Source: an uncultured Thermoplasmata archaeon
GTDB taxonomy: Archaea > Thermoplasmatota > Thermoplasmata > Lutacidiplasmatales > UBA184
Direction of reading: 5' to 3'
DNA length: 64,000 bases
Assembly: GCA_963804505.1 (NCBI GenBank)
Contig: CAWDQP010000010.1
Coordinates: 123,330-187,329, forward strand
Part shown: positions 31,829 through 42,125 of the stretch, one piece after another
Numbering within the stretch: the first letter of the stretch is position 1
Layout: every line of letters starts with the position of its first letter
Translations under genes and position numbers: made by a program
The notes under the pieces: model-generated
What the model saw: the letters and a program-made list of their open reading frames with translations, nothing else
What the model was told of the DNA's origin: nothing
Database searches by the model: none

Positions 31829-33460
31829 TTACGATCGAGCTGCGCTCGCCCCGACTTCGCGAGCGTCCGGCGAACCGCGGCCGCGGAGCTTAAGGTCGAC
31901 CCGCCGGCCCGTCCGCTTCAGGAGCCGGAACAGCCGCTCGATGTCGTCGATCGTGGTGCGGTGGTTGCAGATCGAGACCCGGAGCGCGGTGGTCTCCCGG
32001 AGCCGCGTCGTCGTCAAGAAGACCTCGCCGCCCCGGTTCGCCTCCTCCACGATGGCGCGGTTCAGGCTCGCGAGATACGGTTCGGTCGGTGCCCCGAGGG
32101 ACGGAACCTCCCGCACCCCTCGAAGGTCGCGGGGGGCATACCGGAACGAATAGATGTACAGGGTCGGCTCGTGGAACGCCTCGAAGTCGGGGTCTCCGCG
32201 GACGAGTCGGTCGAGGTGGGCGGTGCACGCGAGGTTCTGCCGGAAGAGACGGCAGTACCCGTCCACCCCCAACTGCTTCAGCGCCATCCAGACCTTCAGC
32301 GCCCGGAACCCCCGGGAGCTCTGCGGACCGAGCGATCGGTAGTTCTTCGGAGCCGTCGGCCGGAGGTCCTGGCGCTCGAGGTAGGCGGCCTCCATCCCGA
32401 AGGCGCGCTGGAGGAGCGCCTCGTCCTTCACGAGGAGCCCACCGCACTCCTTGGGCAGGTAGAGCCATTTGTGCGGGTCGAGGGTCACGGAGTCCGCTCG
32501 GGCGAGGCCCGCGTAGCGCGGGCGCAGCTCGGGGAGCGCGGCCCCGAAGGCGCCGACGGCAGCGTCCAGGTGGAACCAGAGATTCTCGGCCTTGCAGACC
32601 TTCGCGATCGCCTCGAGCGGGTCGAGCGCGCCGGCGTTGATCGTCCCGGCCTGGCCCACGACGCAGAACGGGATCCTGCCGGCGGACCGGTCCGCCCGGA
32701 CGATCTTCCGCAGCGCCGCCACGTCCATCGTGAAGTCCTCCCGGATCGGAACCGGGCGGACCGCGTCGCGACCCAGATTGAGGAGGTCGGCCGCCCGGGG
32801 GATGGTAACGTGTCCCTCGTACTCGGCGACGTAGACCGTGAACCGGCCCCGGCGCTTCTTCGACTGCAGCCCGTCCCGGGCGGAGTCGTAGGGAGCCCGC
32901 GCCCGCAGGGCCACTTGCAGCGCGGTGTGGTTGGCGGCCATTCCGCCGCTGACGAGCAGGCCGCCGCACGTGGCCGGGTACCCGATCATGGCGGCGAGCC
33001 ACCGGATCACCTGGGCCTCGATTGCCGACTCGGCCGGGGAGATGCGACTGTCGGCGACGTTCGGGTTCTGGCCCGAGGCGAGGGTGTCCGCGAGCGTGGC
33101 GATCTGGAGCCCGGAGCCGTGGACGTAGCCGAAGAACCGCGGCGAACCGAGGTGGGCGGAGTTCGGGATTACGATCCGCGACCAGAGATCGAGGACCTGG
33201 GACGGGGCCATCCCTCGACGGGGCAGGGGCTCGTCGAACGTGTCGCGAATGGCGCTCGGGCTTTTCCGAGGCAGGATCGGTCGGCGGCGGAGCGAGGCGT
33301 AGTAGGCCGTCAGCTGGTCGACGGTCCGGTACCCCAGGCGCCGGAACTGTTCGGGGGACAGGTCGACGTCCCAGAACTCGGGCCTGGCCCGGGGCGGCGT
33401 GGAATCCGGCCGACCCCGTTGCCGCCGTTTTCCCGTGGACCCTCGCGTTCGCGACGACAT
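31829..33460 (-). CDS. Group II PLP-dependent amino-acid decarboxylase
   Basis: FFGYV, SGGMAAN, AGTINAGALDPL, HLDAAVG and DSVTLDPHKWL (PLP lysine). Confidence 0.9.
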   Translation of the reverse strand: MSSRTRGSTGKRRQRGRPDSTPPRARPEFWDVDLSPEQFRRLGYRTVDQLTAYYASLRRRPILPRKSPSAIRDTFDEPLPRRGMAPSQVLDLWSRIVIPNSAHLGSPRFFGYVHGSGLQIATLADTLASGQNPNVADSRISPAESAIEAQVIRWLAAMIGYPATCGGLLVSGGMAANHTALQVALRARAPYDSARDGLQSKKRRGRFTVYVAEYEGHVTIPRAADLLNLGRDAVRPVPIREDFTMDVAALRKIVRADRSAGRIPFCVVGQAGTINAGALDPLEAIAKVCKAENLWFHLDAAVGAFGAALPELRPRYAGLARADSVTLDPHKWLYLPKECGGLLVKDEALLQRAFGMEAAYLERQDLRPTAPKNYRSLGPQSSRGFRALKVWMALKQLGVDGYCRLFRQNLACTAHLDRLVRGDPDFEAFHEPTLYIYSFRYAPRDLRGVREVPSLGAPTEPYLASLNRAIVEEANRGGEVFLTTTRLRETTALRVSICNHRTTIDDIERLFRLLKRTGRRVDLKLRGRGSPDAREVGASAARS

Positions 33461-33525
33461 CGCCGGGACGAATCCCACGAGGATTAGTTCTCATCGGTGG
33501 CCGACGACAGTCGGCCGCCGAGACC

Positions 33526-34134
33526 TCACGCTCGGGGTCCGGGCTTCTTCCGGGTCCGTGACGACGGGGCGGTCTCCTCGGCGGGCGCGGCCGGAGCCGC
33601 GGGCGGCGGGGTCCCGGCCGCTCCGGTGCGTTCGACCAGCTGGCGGAACGTCTCGAAGTGCGGGAGGAACGGATCCGCCCGACGGCGGTCCTCGAGCTCG
33701 CCGAGCGCGATCTCGAGGAGGGCCTTCGCCTTCGTATCGCCCGCGACAGCCTTGGCCAGGTAGACGCAGAGAACCTGGTAGTGCGGGAGGACGAACGCGT
33801 CCGTCCGGGGCGTGCTCATGTCGCCCTTGCGCGGGCGGTAGATCCGTTCGATCGGGACCTCGGCCGCCACCGCGCGCCGGTGGGAGAACCCGAAGTACCG
33901 GCCCGGGCCGAGGATCCGAGTGACCTCGCGGACGCTCCCCTTCAGGTTGTTCGTGAGGCGGTCGACCTCGTGCCAGCACCAGAGGCCGAACCCGTAGTCG
34001 CCGTCGAGGTACGCCTCCCAGGCCTTGCTGTACAGCTCGCGCTCGCGCTCCTCCTGGGATGCCTCGGGGGGGAGGTTCGCCTTCCAGTCGGAGATCAGGA
34101 CGTCGACCCGCATCGTCGGGGAGAAATCCCGCAT
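33526..34134 (-). CDS. Hypothetical protein
   Basis: C-terminal ~200 aa of ORF 33526..34539 from MRDFSPTMRVD; globular composition, high GC3. Confidence 0.6.
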   Translation of the reverse strand: MRDFSPTMRVDVLISDWKANLPPEASQEERERELYSKAWEAYLDGDYGFGLWCWHEVDRLTNNLKGSVREVTRILGPGRYFGFSHRRAVAAEVPIERIYRPRKGDMSTPRTDAFVLPHYQVLCVYLAKAVAGDTKAKALLEIALGELEDRRRADPFLPHFETFRQLVERTGAAGTPPPAAPAAPAEETAPSSRTRKKPGPRA

Positions 34135-34192
34135 CGGCGGTACGTCCGGGGGTCGGGCACGGCGCGACGGAGGGGCGGCGGGCCTTAGACGG

Positions 34193-35761
34193 TTACTCCC
34201 CGCGGGCACCGGAGCGGAGATACACGCGACGCCCTCCGACCCAGGTCTCTTCCACGGGGGACCCGACCGCCCGGATCGCGTGGGCGAGGTCCGGAGGCCC
34301 GAGCACGACCAGGTCGGCCGGGGCTCCCGTTTCGAGTCGACCGTGCCCCTCCAGACCGAGCGACGCGGCAGCGTTCTCGGTGTAGAGACCGAGCGCCTCC
34401 TCCGGGGACAACGCCTCGTGCGGGTCGGAGTTGGCCGACCGGCCGAGGCCGTCCCGTCGTTCGACCGCCGCCGCGAGGCCCCTCCACGGATCGACCGGGT
34501 CGTACGGTGCGTCGCTCGAGCCGGCGAGCAGGAGGCCACGGTCCGCCAGCGTGCGGAACGCGTACGCGGACCGCACCCGTTCGGGCCCGAGCCGGCCGGG
34601 GAGCCAGTGATCGCTCCAGACGAATCCCGGCTGGACGACCAGGGTTGGGCGGACCTCCCGAAGGAGGCCCACCAGATCGGGGGGCGTCAAGGACGCGTGT
34701 TCGATGCGACCCGTCGGTCCGGTCCACTCCGGTCGGGGTCGCAGAAGCCGGGCGGCCCGCGCTACGGCGGCGTCCCCGATCGCGTGGAGGGCGGGTACCA
34801 GCCGGAGCGCCCTCGCTTCGGCGATGCGGTCCTCGAACGTTCGGTCGTCGCCTACCAAGAGGCCCGAGGTCCCGGGGTCGTCGGCGTACGGCGCGCGAAG
34901 CGATGCCGTCCGCGGCCCGAACGCGCCGTCCAGGTACCCCTTTGCCCCGAATACGGCGAACCGGTTCGGGCCCGCCACGAGATCAAGAGCGGTGAATTCG
35001 GAAAGTTCTCCCAGCCGGACGAACGCACGGACGTTGAGGGGGAGGCGGCCCCCCTCGTCCATCGATCGCAGCGTGCGGACCTCTTCCGGGCTCGCGCTCA
35101 TCGCGGCGACCGAGGTAAGCCCGTACGACGTCAGCGACTGCAGCGTCCTCCCCAAGGCCACGGCCCCCGGTCCCGATCGGTCGGAGACGACCGAACCGGC
35201 GCGTCGGATCGCCTCTTCGAAGAGGAGACCGTTCGGCGACCCATCCGGGAACCGTCCGACCATCGCCGGATTCGCCACCGCGCCCTCCTCCCGAACCCCG
35301 CTCGCTTCGAGCGCCACCGAGTTGAGGAGGGCGGCGTGCCCGCTCGCGTGGTGCAACACCACCGGACGGTCGGCGACGACCGGGTCGATGTCCCGAACGG
35401 TCGGCCACCGGTGGTCGCTCCACCGCTCGGGGTCCCATCCGCGCCCGACGATCGGCCCCGACGGGTGCCCGGAGGCCCACGCGGCGAGTCGGTCCCTGAG
35501 CTCGGCGAGCGATCGGACCGGCGCGAGGTCGAATCCTTCCCGAACGCGGGTCAGGTCGGAGACGTGGAGGTGGGCGTCGATGAGCCCGGGGACCACGAGG
35601 CGGCCCGCGAGCGGCCGATGTTCGACGCCCGTCGGAGCGAGTCGCCGGGCCTCGTCGTGCCCGCCCGCGAACAGGACCCGGCCGTCCTCGACCAGGATTG
35701 CCTCCGCGTACCGGCGGCCGGTGAACACCCGGCCGCCGCTCCAGAGGGAGGCCTCGGTCAC
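34193..35761 (-). CDS. Amidohydrolase_3 family protein (YtcJ-like)
   Basis: [39 protein letters not shown] and GSSDAP. Confidence 0.88.
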   Translation of the reverse strand: MTEASLWSGGRVFTGRRYAEAILVEDGRVLFAGGHDEARRLAPTGVEHRPLAGRLVVPGLIDAHLHVSDLTRVREGFDLAPVRSLAELRDRLAAWASGHPSGPIVGRGWDPERWSDHRWPTVRDIDPVVADRPVVLHHASGHAALLNSVALEASGVREEGAVANPAMVGRFPDGSPNGLLFEEAIRRAGSVVSDRSGPGAVALGRTLQSLTSYGLTSVAAMSASPEEVRTLRSMDEGGRLPLNVRAFVRLGELSEFTALDLVAGPNRFAVFGAKGYLDGAFGPRTASLRAPYADDPGTSGLLVGDDRTFEDRIAEARALRLVPALHAIGDAAVARAARLLRPRPEWTGPTGRIEHASLTPPDLVGLLREVRPTLVVQPGFVWSDHWLPGRLGPERVRSAYAFRTLADRGLLLAGSSDAPYDPVDPWRGLAAAVERRDGLGRSANSDPHEALSPEEALGLYTENAAASLGLEGHGRLETGAPADLVVLGPPDLAHAIRAVGSPVEETWVGGRRVYLRSGARGE

Positions 35762-35814
35762 CGCGACCTTCCCCCGGCGACCGACGGGCCCCCGGTCGCC
35801 GGGCCCCGACGCCC

Positions 35815-37277
35815 TGAGACGTCGAGGTAGCGGTAGAACTCGTACGGGTGCGGCCGCAGGTTGAGCTCGAGCTGCTCCTCCCGCTTCAGCTCGACGTAGG
35901 TGTCGAGCAGGGAGTCCGCGAACGCCGGCTTCAGGAACGCCCGGTCCGACTGGAGGCAGTCGAGCGATTCGCTGAGCGACCCCGGGAGCTCCCGGATGCC
36001 GAGCTGCTGTCGCTTCGCCGGCGAGAGCTTGTAGATGTTCTCGTCCACGGGGGCGGGCGGCTCGATCTTCCGGCGGATCCCGTCCAGGCCGGCGAGGGCG
36101 AGCGCCGCCTCGGTGAGGTAGATGTTCGCCGACGAGTCCGGCGTCCGGTACTCGATCCGCTTCGCCGCCGGCCGGCCGCGGTGGTAGAACGGGATGCGGA
36201 CGTTCGCCGAGCGGTTCGCCTTGCTCCAGGCGATGAAGACGGGCGCCTCGTAGCCGGGGACGAGGCGTCGGTAGGAGTTGGTGATCGGGTTCGTGATCGC
36301 GCAGAGCGCGCGCGCGTGCTCGAGCAGTCCCCCGATGTAGTACCGGCACGTTTGGCTGACCTCGGCGTACTTGTCGTCGGGATCGTAGAAGGCGTTCTCA
36401 CCCTTCGTCCAAAGCGATTGGTTGGTGTGCATGCCGATGCCGTTGTCGCCGTAGATCGGTTTCGGCATCAGGCAGCCGACCTTGCCGTGCCGGTGGGCGA
36501 CGTTCTTGATCACGTAGCGGACGTCCTGCACGTGGTCCGCCATCGGGACGAGTTCGTCGAACCGCACGTTCAGCTCCGACTGGCTGGCGGTCGCGACCTC
36601 GTGGTGGTGCGCGTCCATGACGATGTGGAAGTCGTCGGCCAGGATGTTGCACATCTCGGCCCGCAGCGCGATGCAGCGAATCGGTCGGCGGGCGTGCGGT
36701 GGTACCCCTCCTTGAATCGGATCGTCGGCTGGGCGCTCGCGGGGTCCCACGGGGCCTCGGACTGGCCGATCAGATAGCCCGCGCCGGCCCAGGCGTCGCG
36801 AACGCCCGCGAACGACGGGATGAGCTCGACCCGGTCGAACACGAAGAACTCGATCTCGGGCCCCCAGTACGACTTGTCGAACCCGGCGTCCGCGAGGACC
36901 TTCTCGGTCTTCCGGGCTACGCCGCGCGGGTCGTGGTCGTACGGTTCGCTCGTCCCGCCGAGCCGGACGTCGCAGATGAAGCGGACCGTGCGACCGACCT
37001 CGGGACTCCAGGGGATGTTCGCCATCGTTCGGGGGTCCGGGACGAGGAGCATGTCGGACTCGAAGATCTCTCGGAATCCGCGCACGGACGACCCGTCGAG
37101 CTTGGGGACCCCGGTGCGGAACATCTCCGCGTCGAGGGCATGGCGCGGCATGTCGAGCTGGTTCAGCCCGCCGAAGACGTCCGTGTAGAACAACTGCACC
37201 CAGCGCACCTTGTCGGTCGCCAGGCGTTCGACCACCGCTTCGCCGTTCGTTGGCTCCTTCCCCCGCTGCCCCGCCAC
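35815..37277 (-). CDS. glnA: Glutamine synthetase type I (frameshift ~36670; stop apparently lost to an error)
   Basis: [68 protein letters not shown] and RPHPYEF. Confidence 0.92.
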
Positions 37278-37334
37278 GATCGCACCCCGGGGGTCACGAC
37301 CGTTTCCCGCTACATCAATCCTCACCCGCATTTT

Positions 37335-37350
37335 TTGGACGAGCGTCCAA
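37335..37350. promoter_or_regulatory. Palindromic operator candidate TTGGACG-AG-CGTCCAA between divergent glnA and Lrp/AsnC genes
   Basis: Perfect 7-2-7 inverted repeat in an AT-rich spacer, next to TATA-like TTTAAT at ~37367. Confidence 0.5.
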
Positions 37351-37395
37351 TATTTTGACGGCAGACTTTAATTTCGGGTGTACCCATGAAGGCGC

Positions 37396-37887
37396 ATGCG
37401 GCGAACGTCCATGCTGGATGGCCTCGACCGGTCGATCCTGGAGGAGCTGAACGTCGACGCGCGCCGCAGCCACCGGGAGATCGGGCACCGCCTCAAGGTC
37501 TCCCCAACGACCGTCAGCTCCCGCATCGCGCGGCTGGAGGAGCAGGGCGTGATCCGCGGGTACATCCCGCTCCTGGATGACGAGCAGCTCGGCTGGGACC
37601 TCTGGGCCGCGATCGGGATCCGGATATCGAAGGGGCGGTTGCGCGAGGTCGAGGAGCACCTCGCAAAGGACCCGCGGGTCTACGCCATCTACGACGTCAC
37701 CGGCGACGACGACGCGCTCCTGATCGGCCGGTTCCGCGACCGCCGCGACCTCGACCGGTTCGTGAAGCACGCGCTCCAGGACCCGCACGTCGAGCGGTCG
37801 AACACCCGGGTCGTGCTCAACCGCGTGAAGGAGGACCGGCGCGTGCCGGTCGTCCTGCGAGGGCTGGAGCGACCCGAGGCCGAGTGA
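37396..37887 (+). CDS. Lrp/AsnC family transcriptional regulator
   Basis: LDGLDRSILEEL..DARRS..EI...L.VS..TV..RI.RLE..GVIRGY; YDVTGDDD. Confidence 0.92.
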   Translation: MRRTSMLDGLDRSILEELNVDARRSHREIGHRLKVSPTTVSSRIARLEEQGVIRGYIPLLDDEQLGWDLWAAIGIRISKGRLREVEEHLAKDPRVYAIYDVTGDDDALLIGRFRDRRDLDRFVKHALQDPHVERSNTRVVLNRVKEDRRVPVVLRGLERPEAE

Positions 37888-37957
37888 GCCCGGCCGAGCA
37901 CCGGATTCCCCAACCGCTAAGAACCTCGACCGGGTCGCGCACGGTCGTAGGCGACGT

Positions 37958-38792
37958 ATGGACTGGGGAATGCGCAACCGCATGGCCCGGATGTTCCCCG
38001 GCGGGACGGACGGGAACACGGTCATGCTCGCGGTCGACCACGGCTACTTCATGGGACCCACGCGTCACCTCGAGGACGCGCGCGCGACCATCGCCCCCCT
38101 CCTCCCGTACGCGGACGCGATCGCGCTCACCCGAGGCATCCTCCGTACGTCGGTCCCGCCCACGTCCACGACGCCGGTGGTCCTCCGCGTCTCGGGCGGC
38201 GCGACCGTCCTCAAGGAGGACCTCTCCCACGAGACGATCACGACCGCGATGCGCGACGCCGCCCGGCTCAACGTCAGCGCGGTCGCGCTCAGCGTCTTCG
38301 TGGGCGCCCCCCACGAGCACGAGTCGCTCGTGAACCTGGCGAAGCTCGTGGACGAGGGCGAGGAGGCCGGCATCCCGGTGCTCGCGATCACGGCGGTGGG
38401 CAAGGAGCTCGAGAAACGCGACGCCCGCTACCTCGCGCTCGCCTGCCGCGTCTCCGCGGAACTGGGCGCCCATCTCGTGAAGACCTACTACTGCGACGAC
38501 TTCGAGAAGGTCGTCGAGGGATGCCCCGTGCCGCTCGTGGTCGCCGGGCGGCCCGAAGCTGGACAGCGACCGCGCCGCGCTCGAGCTCGCGCACAGCGCG
38601 ATCGCGAAGGGGGCCCACGGGATCGACATGGGCCGGAACATCTGGCAGTCCGCCCATCCCGTCCCGATGCTCAAGGCGCTCCGGGCGATCGTCCACGAGA
38701 AGGCGACGGTCTCGGAGGCGATGGACGTCCTCGACGGCGCAAAGGCGAGGTCCGCCGCCCCGCCCGCCGCGCGCGCTAGCGCCTCGCCGTAA
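37958..38792 (+). CDS. lsrF: LsrF-like thiolase / DhnA-type class I aldolase (frameshift ~38548)
   Basis: MDWGMRNRMARMF..TVMLAVDHGYFMGPT, TRGILR, ELGAHLVKTYYC, PVPLVVAG(G) and GIDMGRNIWQ. Confidence 0.75.
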
Positions 38793-38828
38793 CAACGGTC
38801 ATAAGGTCCGCGCCGGTCGCCCGGTCGC

Positions 38829-38913
38829 GCGGGGATCGCCCAGCTTGGTCAAAGGCGCCAGATTCAGGGTCTGGTCCCGTAGGGGTTCGTGGGTTCAAAT
38901 CCCTCTCCCCGCA
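38829..38913 (+). tRNA. tRNA-Leu (anticodon CAG), CCA not encoded
   Basis: Acceptor stem GCGGGGA/TCCCCGC, anticodon arm CCAGA-TTCAGGG-TCTGG, long variable arm, T-loop GGTTCAAATC. Confidence 0.95.
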
Positions 38914-39014
38914 TCGAACCCACAACCCGCCCGGAGTCTCTCGGCGTCGTACCGAGCCTGTTCTCCGATTCGGACCCAAGTTCTGGTAGGCACGTCCGCC
39001 TTGGTGCTAGCCCC

Positions 39015-39170
39015 AAAAAAAACCCGGCCGGATCCGTCGTTACGGGCGGTAGGTGGGATCGCCGCGTGGACCCGGCCGCCGGGGGGGCAAGGGCAGGAGG
39101 GAAGGTGGAACGAGCCGCGTCCGCTCGGGGGCTCGAAGCTGACCGTCTCACCCCACCTTCCGCTCGGTGG
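39015..39170 (-). ncRNA. Candidate two-hairpin small RNA ending in U8
   Basis: Stems 39153-39161/39100-39108 and 39068-39077/39026-39035; A8 at 39015-39022; TTAA at 39191-39194. Confidence 0.4.
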
Positions 39171-39416
39171 TGTACAGGGGGCGGGAGGGCTTAATCGAGA
39201 GGCGACCGACGGTATACTGCGCCCACCGGTTGGATACCCGGCGGGAAAGCGACCACCAAGTAACATAGAAGTTACCTTAGAGCCGGACCGGACCCGTCCG
39301 AAGCCGCCTCCCGCGCAGTCCCACCGGAGCCGATCGTCGCGTCGCGATCTCCCGGCGCTCGGCGGGCGGAGTCGCGCTCGCCCAACGTAAATAGCGGATT
39401 GCGGTCGCGCGCGCCG

Positions 39417-39725
39417 ATGGCGCCCGTCCGGCGGCCGGCGACGCCTCGCCCGTCCCGCCGTCGCCTTGGAAGAGCGGCGTCCGCGCCCCCTCCGGTGGTA
39501 TCCCGGCCCACCCGGCACCCGGGTCCGATGGAAACGGAGGAGCCGCACTCGCACATCGTCTGCCACGTCTGCGGCCGCATCCAGGCGATCGAGCTGTCGG
39601 AGCTCGACCGGCACCTCCTCACCGAGCTCGCGGGCCTCCGCCCCGACGGGTGGAGCGTCGACCGGATCGCCTTTTCGCTCGCCGGGGCTTGCCGGCGATG
39701 CCGCGAAGGCCCCGACGCCCCGTGA
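39417..39725 (+). CDS. Fur-family C-terminal metal-binding/dimerisation domain only
   Basis: HSHIVCHVCGRI...FSLAGACRRC; no N-terminal wHTH (alternative start 39528). Confidence 0.65.
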   Translation: MAPVRRPATPRPSRRRLGRAASAPPPVVSRPTRHPGPMETEEPHSHIVCHVCGRIQAIELSELDRHLLTELAGLRPDGWSVDRIAFSLAGACRRCREGPDAP

Positions 39726-39738
39726 GCGGGCGAGCGGC

Positions 39739-40884
39739 ATGACCGCGTTCTTCACCGCCCCGTCGATCGCGTGGGGTCCCGGGGCCGTCGAGCAGCTGAG
39801 CGCGCTGGGCGCGCGACGGGCCTTCGTGATCGTAGACCCCGCGGTCGCGCCCCACGAGGGGCACCGGCGCGTGCTCGAGGAGCTCCAGAAGGGCGAGGTC
39901 ACCCTCGAGGTGGTCACCGACCTCGTCGAGTCCGACCGGGCGGCGAGCGCACGGCAGCTCCGGGACCGCCTCGTGACGTTCGTCCCGGACTGGATCGTCG
40001 CCGTCGGCGGCGGGCGCACCCTGGACCTCGCGAAGGCCGCGCGGGCGACCTTCGAGCGTCCGGAGCTCGACCTCGAGTCCCCGCCGGCGGTCCTCGGCCT
40101 CCCGGAGGTCCCCCGCGCCCGGCTGGTCGCGATCCCCACGACCAGCGGCAGCGGCTCCGAGGTGAGCTGGACCGCGGACCTCTTCGCGAGCTCGGGCGCC
40201 CCGGTCGAGCTCGCCGACCGGTCGCTCGTTCCCCAGTGGGCGCTCGTGGACGCCGCCTTCGCCCACTCGCTCCCGCCGGCGGAGATCGTCACGGGCGGCC
40301 TCGAGACGCTGGCCCTCGCGGTCGAGGCGTACGTTTCCGCCTGGGCGAATCCGTTCTCGGACGCCCTCGCCGCGTACGCCGCCGCCACGGTCGTCCAACG
40401 GCTTCCCCACGCCGTCCGGTGGAGCGACGACCCGGACGCGCGGACCCTCCTACACTACGCCGCGACCGCGGCGGGCCTCGCGGCCTCCAACGCCCAGCGC
40501 GGGATCGCCCACGCGCTCGCGCGCGCGCTCGTCCGGCCGACCGGCCTTTCCTACGGCCGGCTGCTGGGGATCGCGCTGCCGCACGTGCTGGAGTTCGACC
40601 GACCCGCCGCGCGCGAGAGGATCGAGACGCTCGCGCTCGTCTCGACGCTGCCCGACGACCCGGCCCGGTCCTCGTTCCCGGTGCGCGTGCGACGCCTCTA
40701 CGACACCCTCGGCATCCCGGCGACCCTGGCCGCGGCCGGGATCACGGCGGACCGCGTCCGGGGGGAGAAGGAACGGATCGTGGCCGACCTTTTGCGCTCC
40801 CCGGCGGCGCTCGCCAACCCTCGGGTCCCGGGCGCCGAGGACGCCGCGCGGCTCCTTTACGCCGTGGCCGGGATCGCCGACTGA
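39739..40884 (+). CDS. Iron-containing alcohol dehydrogenase family protein (divergent)
   Basis: WGPGA, PDWIVAVGGG..LDLAKAA, AIPTTSGSGSEVS, GIAHALA and NPR. Confidence 0.85.
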   Translation: MTAFFTAPSIAWGPGAVEQLSALGARRAFVIVDPAVAPHEGHRRVLEELQKGEVTLEVVTDLVESDRAASARQLRDRLVTFVPDWIVAVGGGRTLDLAKAARATFERPELDLESPPAVLGLPEVPRARLVAIPTTSGSGSEVSWTADLFASSGAPVELADRSLVPQWALVDAAFAHSLPPAEIVTGGLETLALAVEAYVSAWANPFSDALAAYAAATVVQRLPHAVRWSDDPDARTLLHYAATAAGLAASNAQRGIAHALARALVRPTGLSYGRLLGIALPHVLEFDRPAARERIETLALVSTLPDDPARSSFPVRVRRLYDTLGIPATLAAAGITADRVRGEKERIVADLLRSPAALANPRVPGAEDAARLLYAVAGIAD

Positions 40885-40909
40885 CCGGCGCCGGAAAGAC
40901 CGCGCCGGC

Positions 40910-41989
40910 TTACGCGCGCGACGGGACGGCGGGCGGTGGGGGGTTCACCGCGAGCTCCTCGGTCCGGGTCGGGGTCTCGACGGCGCGGTTGATCGCGATC
41001 TCCGCGAGATCGCTCGCGTAGAACGCCGCGCGCTCGAGGCTCTCGAGCACGTAGGCGAGCCCGACCGCGAGGCGTCCGCGCTTGAGCGTCAGCTCGTGGA
41101 GGATGTGGTCGCGCTGGCGCGTGAGGTCGTGCGCGGCGTCGATCACCGCGTTCGCTTTCGTGATGTCCCGCGAGTCCAGGCTGTCGAGGGCGTCCACGAG
41201 GCATCCGGCGGCCTGCGCGGCCATCCGCTCGAGCTCGCTCACGATCCGCTCGGGGAGCGCCTCCTTGCCGAGGATCGAGACCGCCCCGGCGATGCGGACC
41301 GCGTGGTCCGCGATCCGCTCGAGGATGCGGGAGGCGAGGAGGTACGTCGAGCATTCGGGGAGCGTGAGGTCGAGGGTCGCGAGGATCCGCGCGTCGCGCA
41401 GCGCGCTCGTCACCTGCTTTTCGAGGAACCAGTGGAGCCGGTCGACCTCCCAGTCGCGCTCTTCCACGTCCCGCGCGATCGCCAGATCGCGCGCGCGCAG
41501 GGCCGCCATCGCGTCGGTGTGCATGGCGCGGACCATCTGGTGCATCCGTCGAATGATCGACGGGATCGGCAGCGGGTTCGCGCCCACGACGTCCTGGAGG
41601 ATCACCGACTCCGCGGTCTCCTCGAGGATCTCGGGCCCGATCATGCGTTGGGCGAAGTTCCGGACGACCTCGCGGGTCCGTGCGCTCATCCGCCCGCGGG
41701 TCCGGATCTCGAGGAGCGGGTAGCCCGCGATGTACTCCGCGATCAACCGGCGGAAGAGGTGGTCCTTGTCCGCATCGTTCGAGACCTCGACGACGCGGCG
41801 CTCCGCTTCCGACGGGTCGATCGATTCGGCGAAGACGGTCAGGGAACCGTCGGCGCGGGGCGTGAAGAACAGCACGTCCCCCGCGCCCAGCCCCCGGGCG
41901 ATCACCCAGTTCTTCGGCAGGGAGATGATGAACGTCGAGCCCCCGGTCTTCTGGATCCGCCGACCGTGGAACCCGCCGCTGCTCCGCAT
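40910..41989 (-). CDS. Archaeal AbrB-PhoU phosphate uptake regulator
   Basis: RRIQKTGGSTFIISLPKNW AbrB-like N-terminus; EVDRL and LERIADHA PhoU repeats. Confidence 0.88.
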   Translation of the reverse strand: MRSSGGFHGRRIQKTGGSTFIISLPKNWVIARGLGAGDVLFFTPRADGSLTVFAESIDPSEAERRVVEVSNDADKDHLFRRLIAEYIAGYPLLEIRTRGRMSARTREVVRNFAQRMIGPEILEETAESVILQDVVGANPLPIPSIIRRMHQMVRAMHTDAMAALRARDLAIARDVEERDWEVDRLHWFLEKQVTSALRDARILATLDLTLPECSTYLLASRILERIADHAVRIAGAVSILGKEALPERIVSELERMAAQAAGCLVDALDSLDSRDITKANAVIDAAHDLTRQRDHILHELTLKRGRLAVGLAYVLESLERAAFYASDLAEIAINRAVETPTRTEELAVNPPPPAVPSRA

Positions 41990-42125
41990 GGTACGTACGT
42001 GGGCGCAGCCTCCGGTCTCTATATAGCCTCGGTCGCGGCGGGACGCCGCGCGGCGTTCCGGCGCGTCAAGCCGGGTCACGCGGCAGGGTAAATACGCGCC
42101 GCGCGGGTCCCGGACTTCTCCTCGC

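Noticed and set aside
34193..36750. Apparent glnA-amidohydrolase read-through or fusion
   Set aside because: The domains are in different frames; the missing glnA stop after YLDV is best explained by a sequencing error
38829..39400. Integrated element at tRNA-Leu
   Set aside because: No integrase and no duplicated tRNA 3' end found in the window
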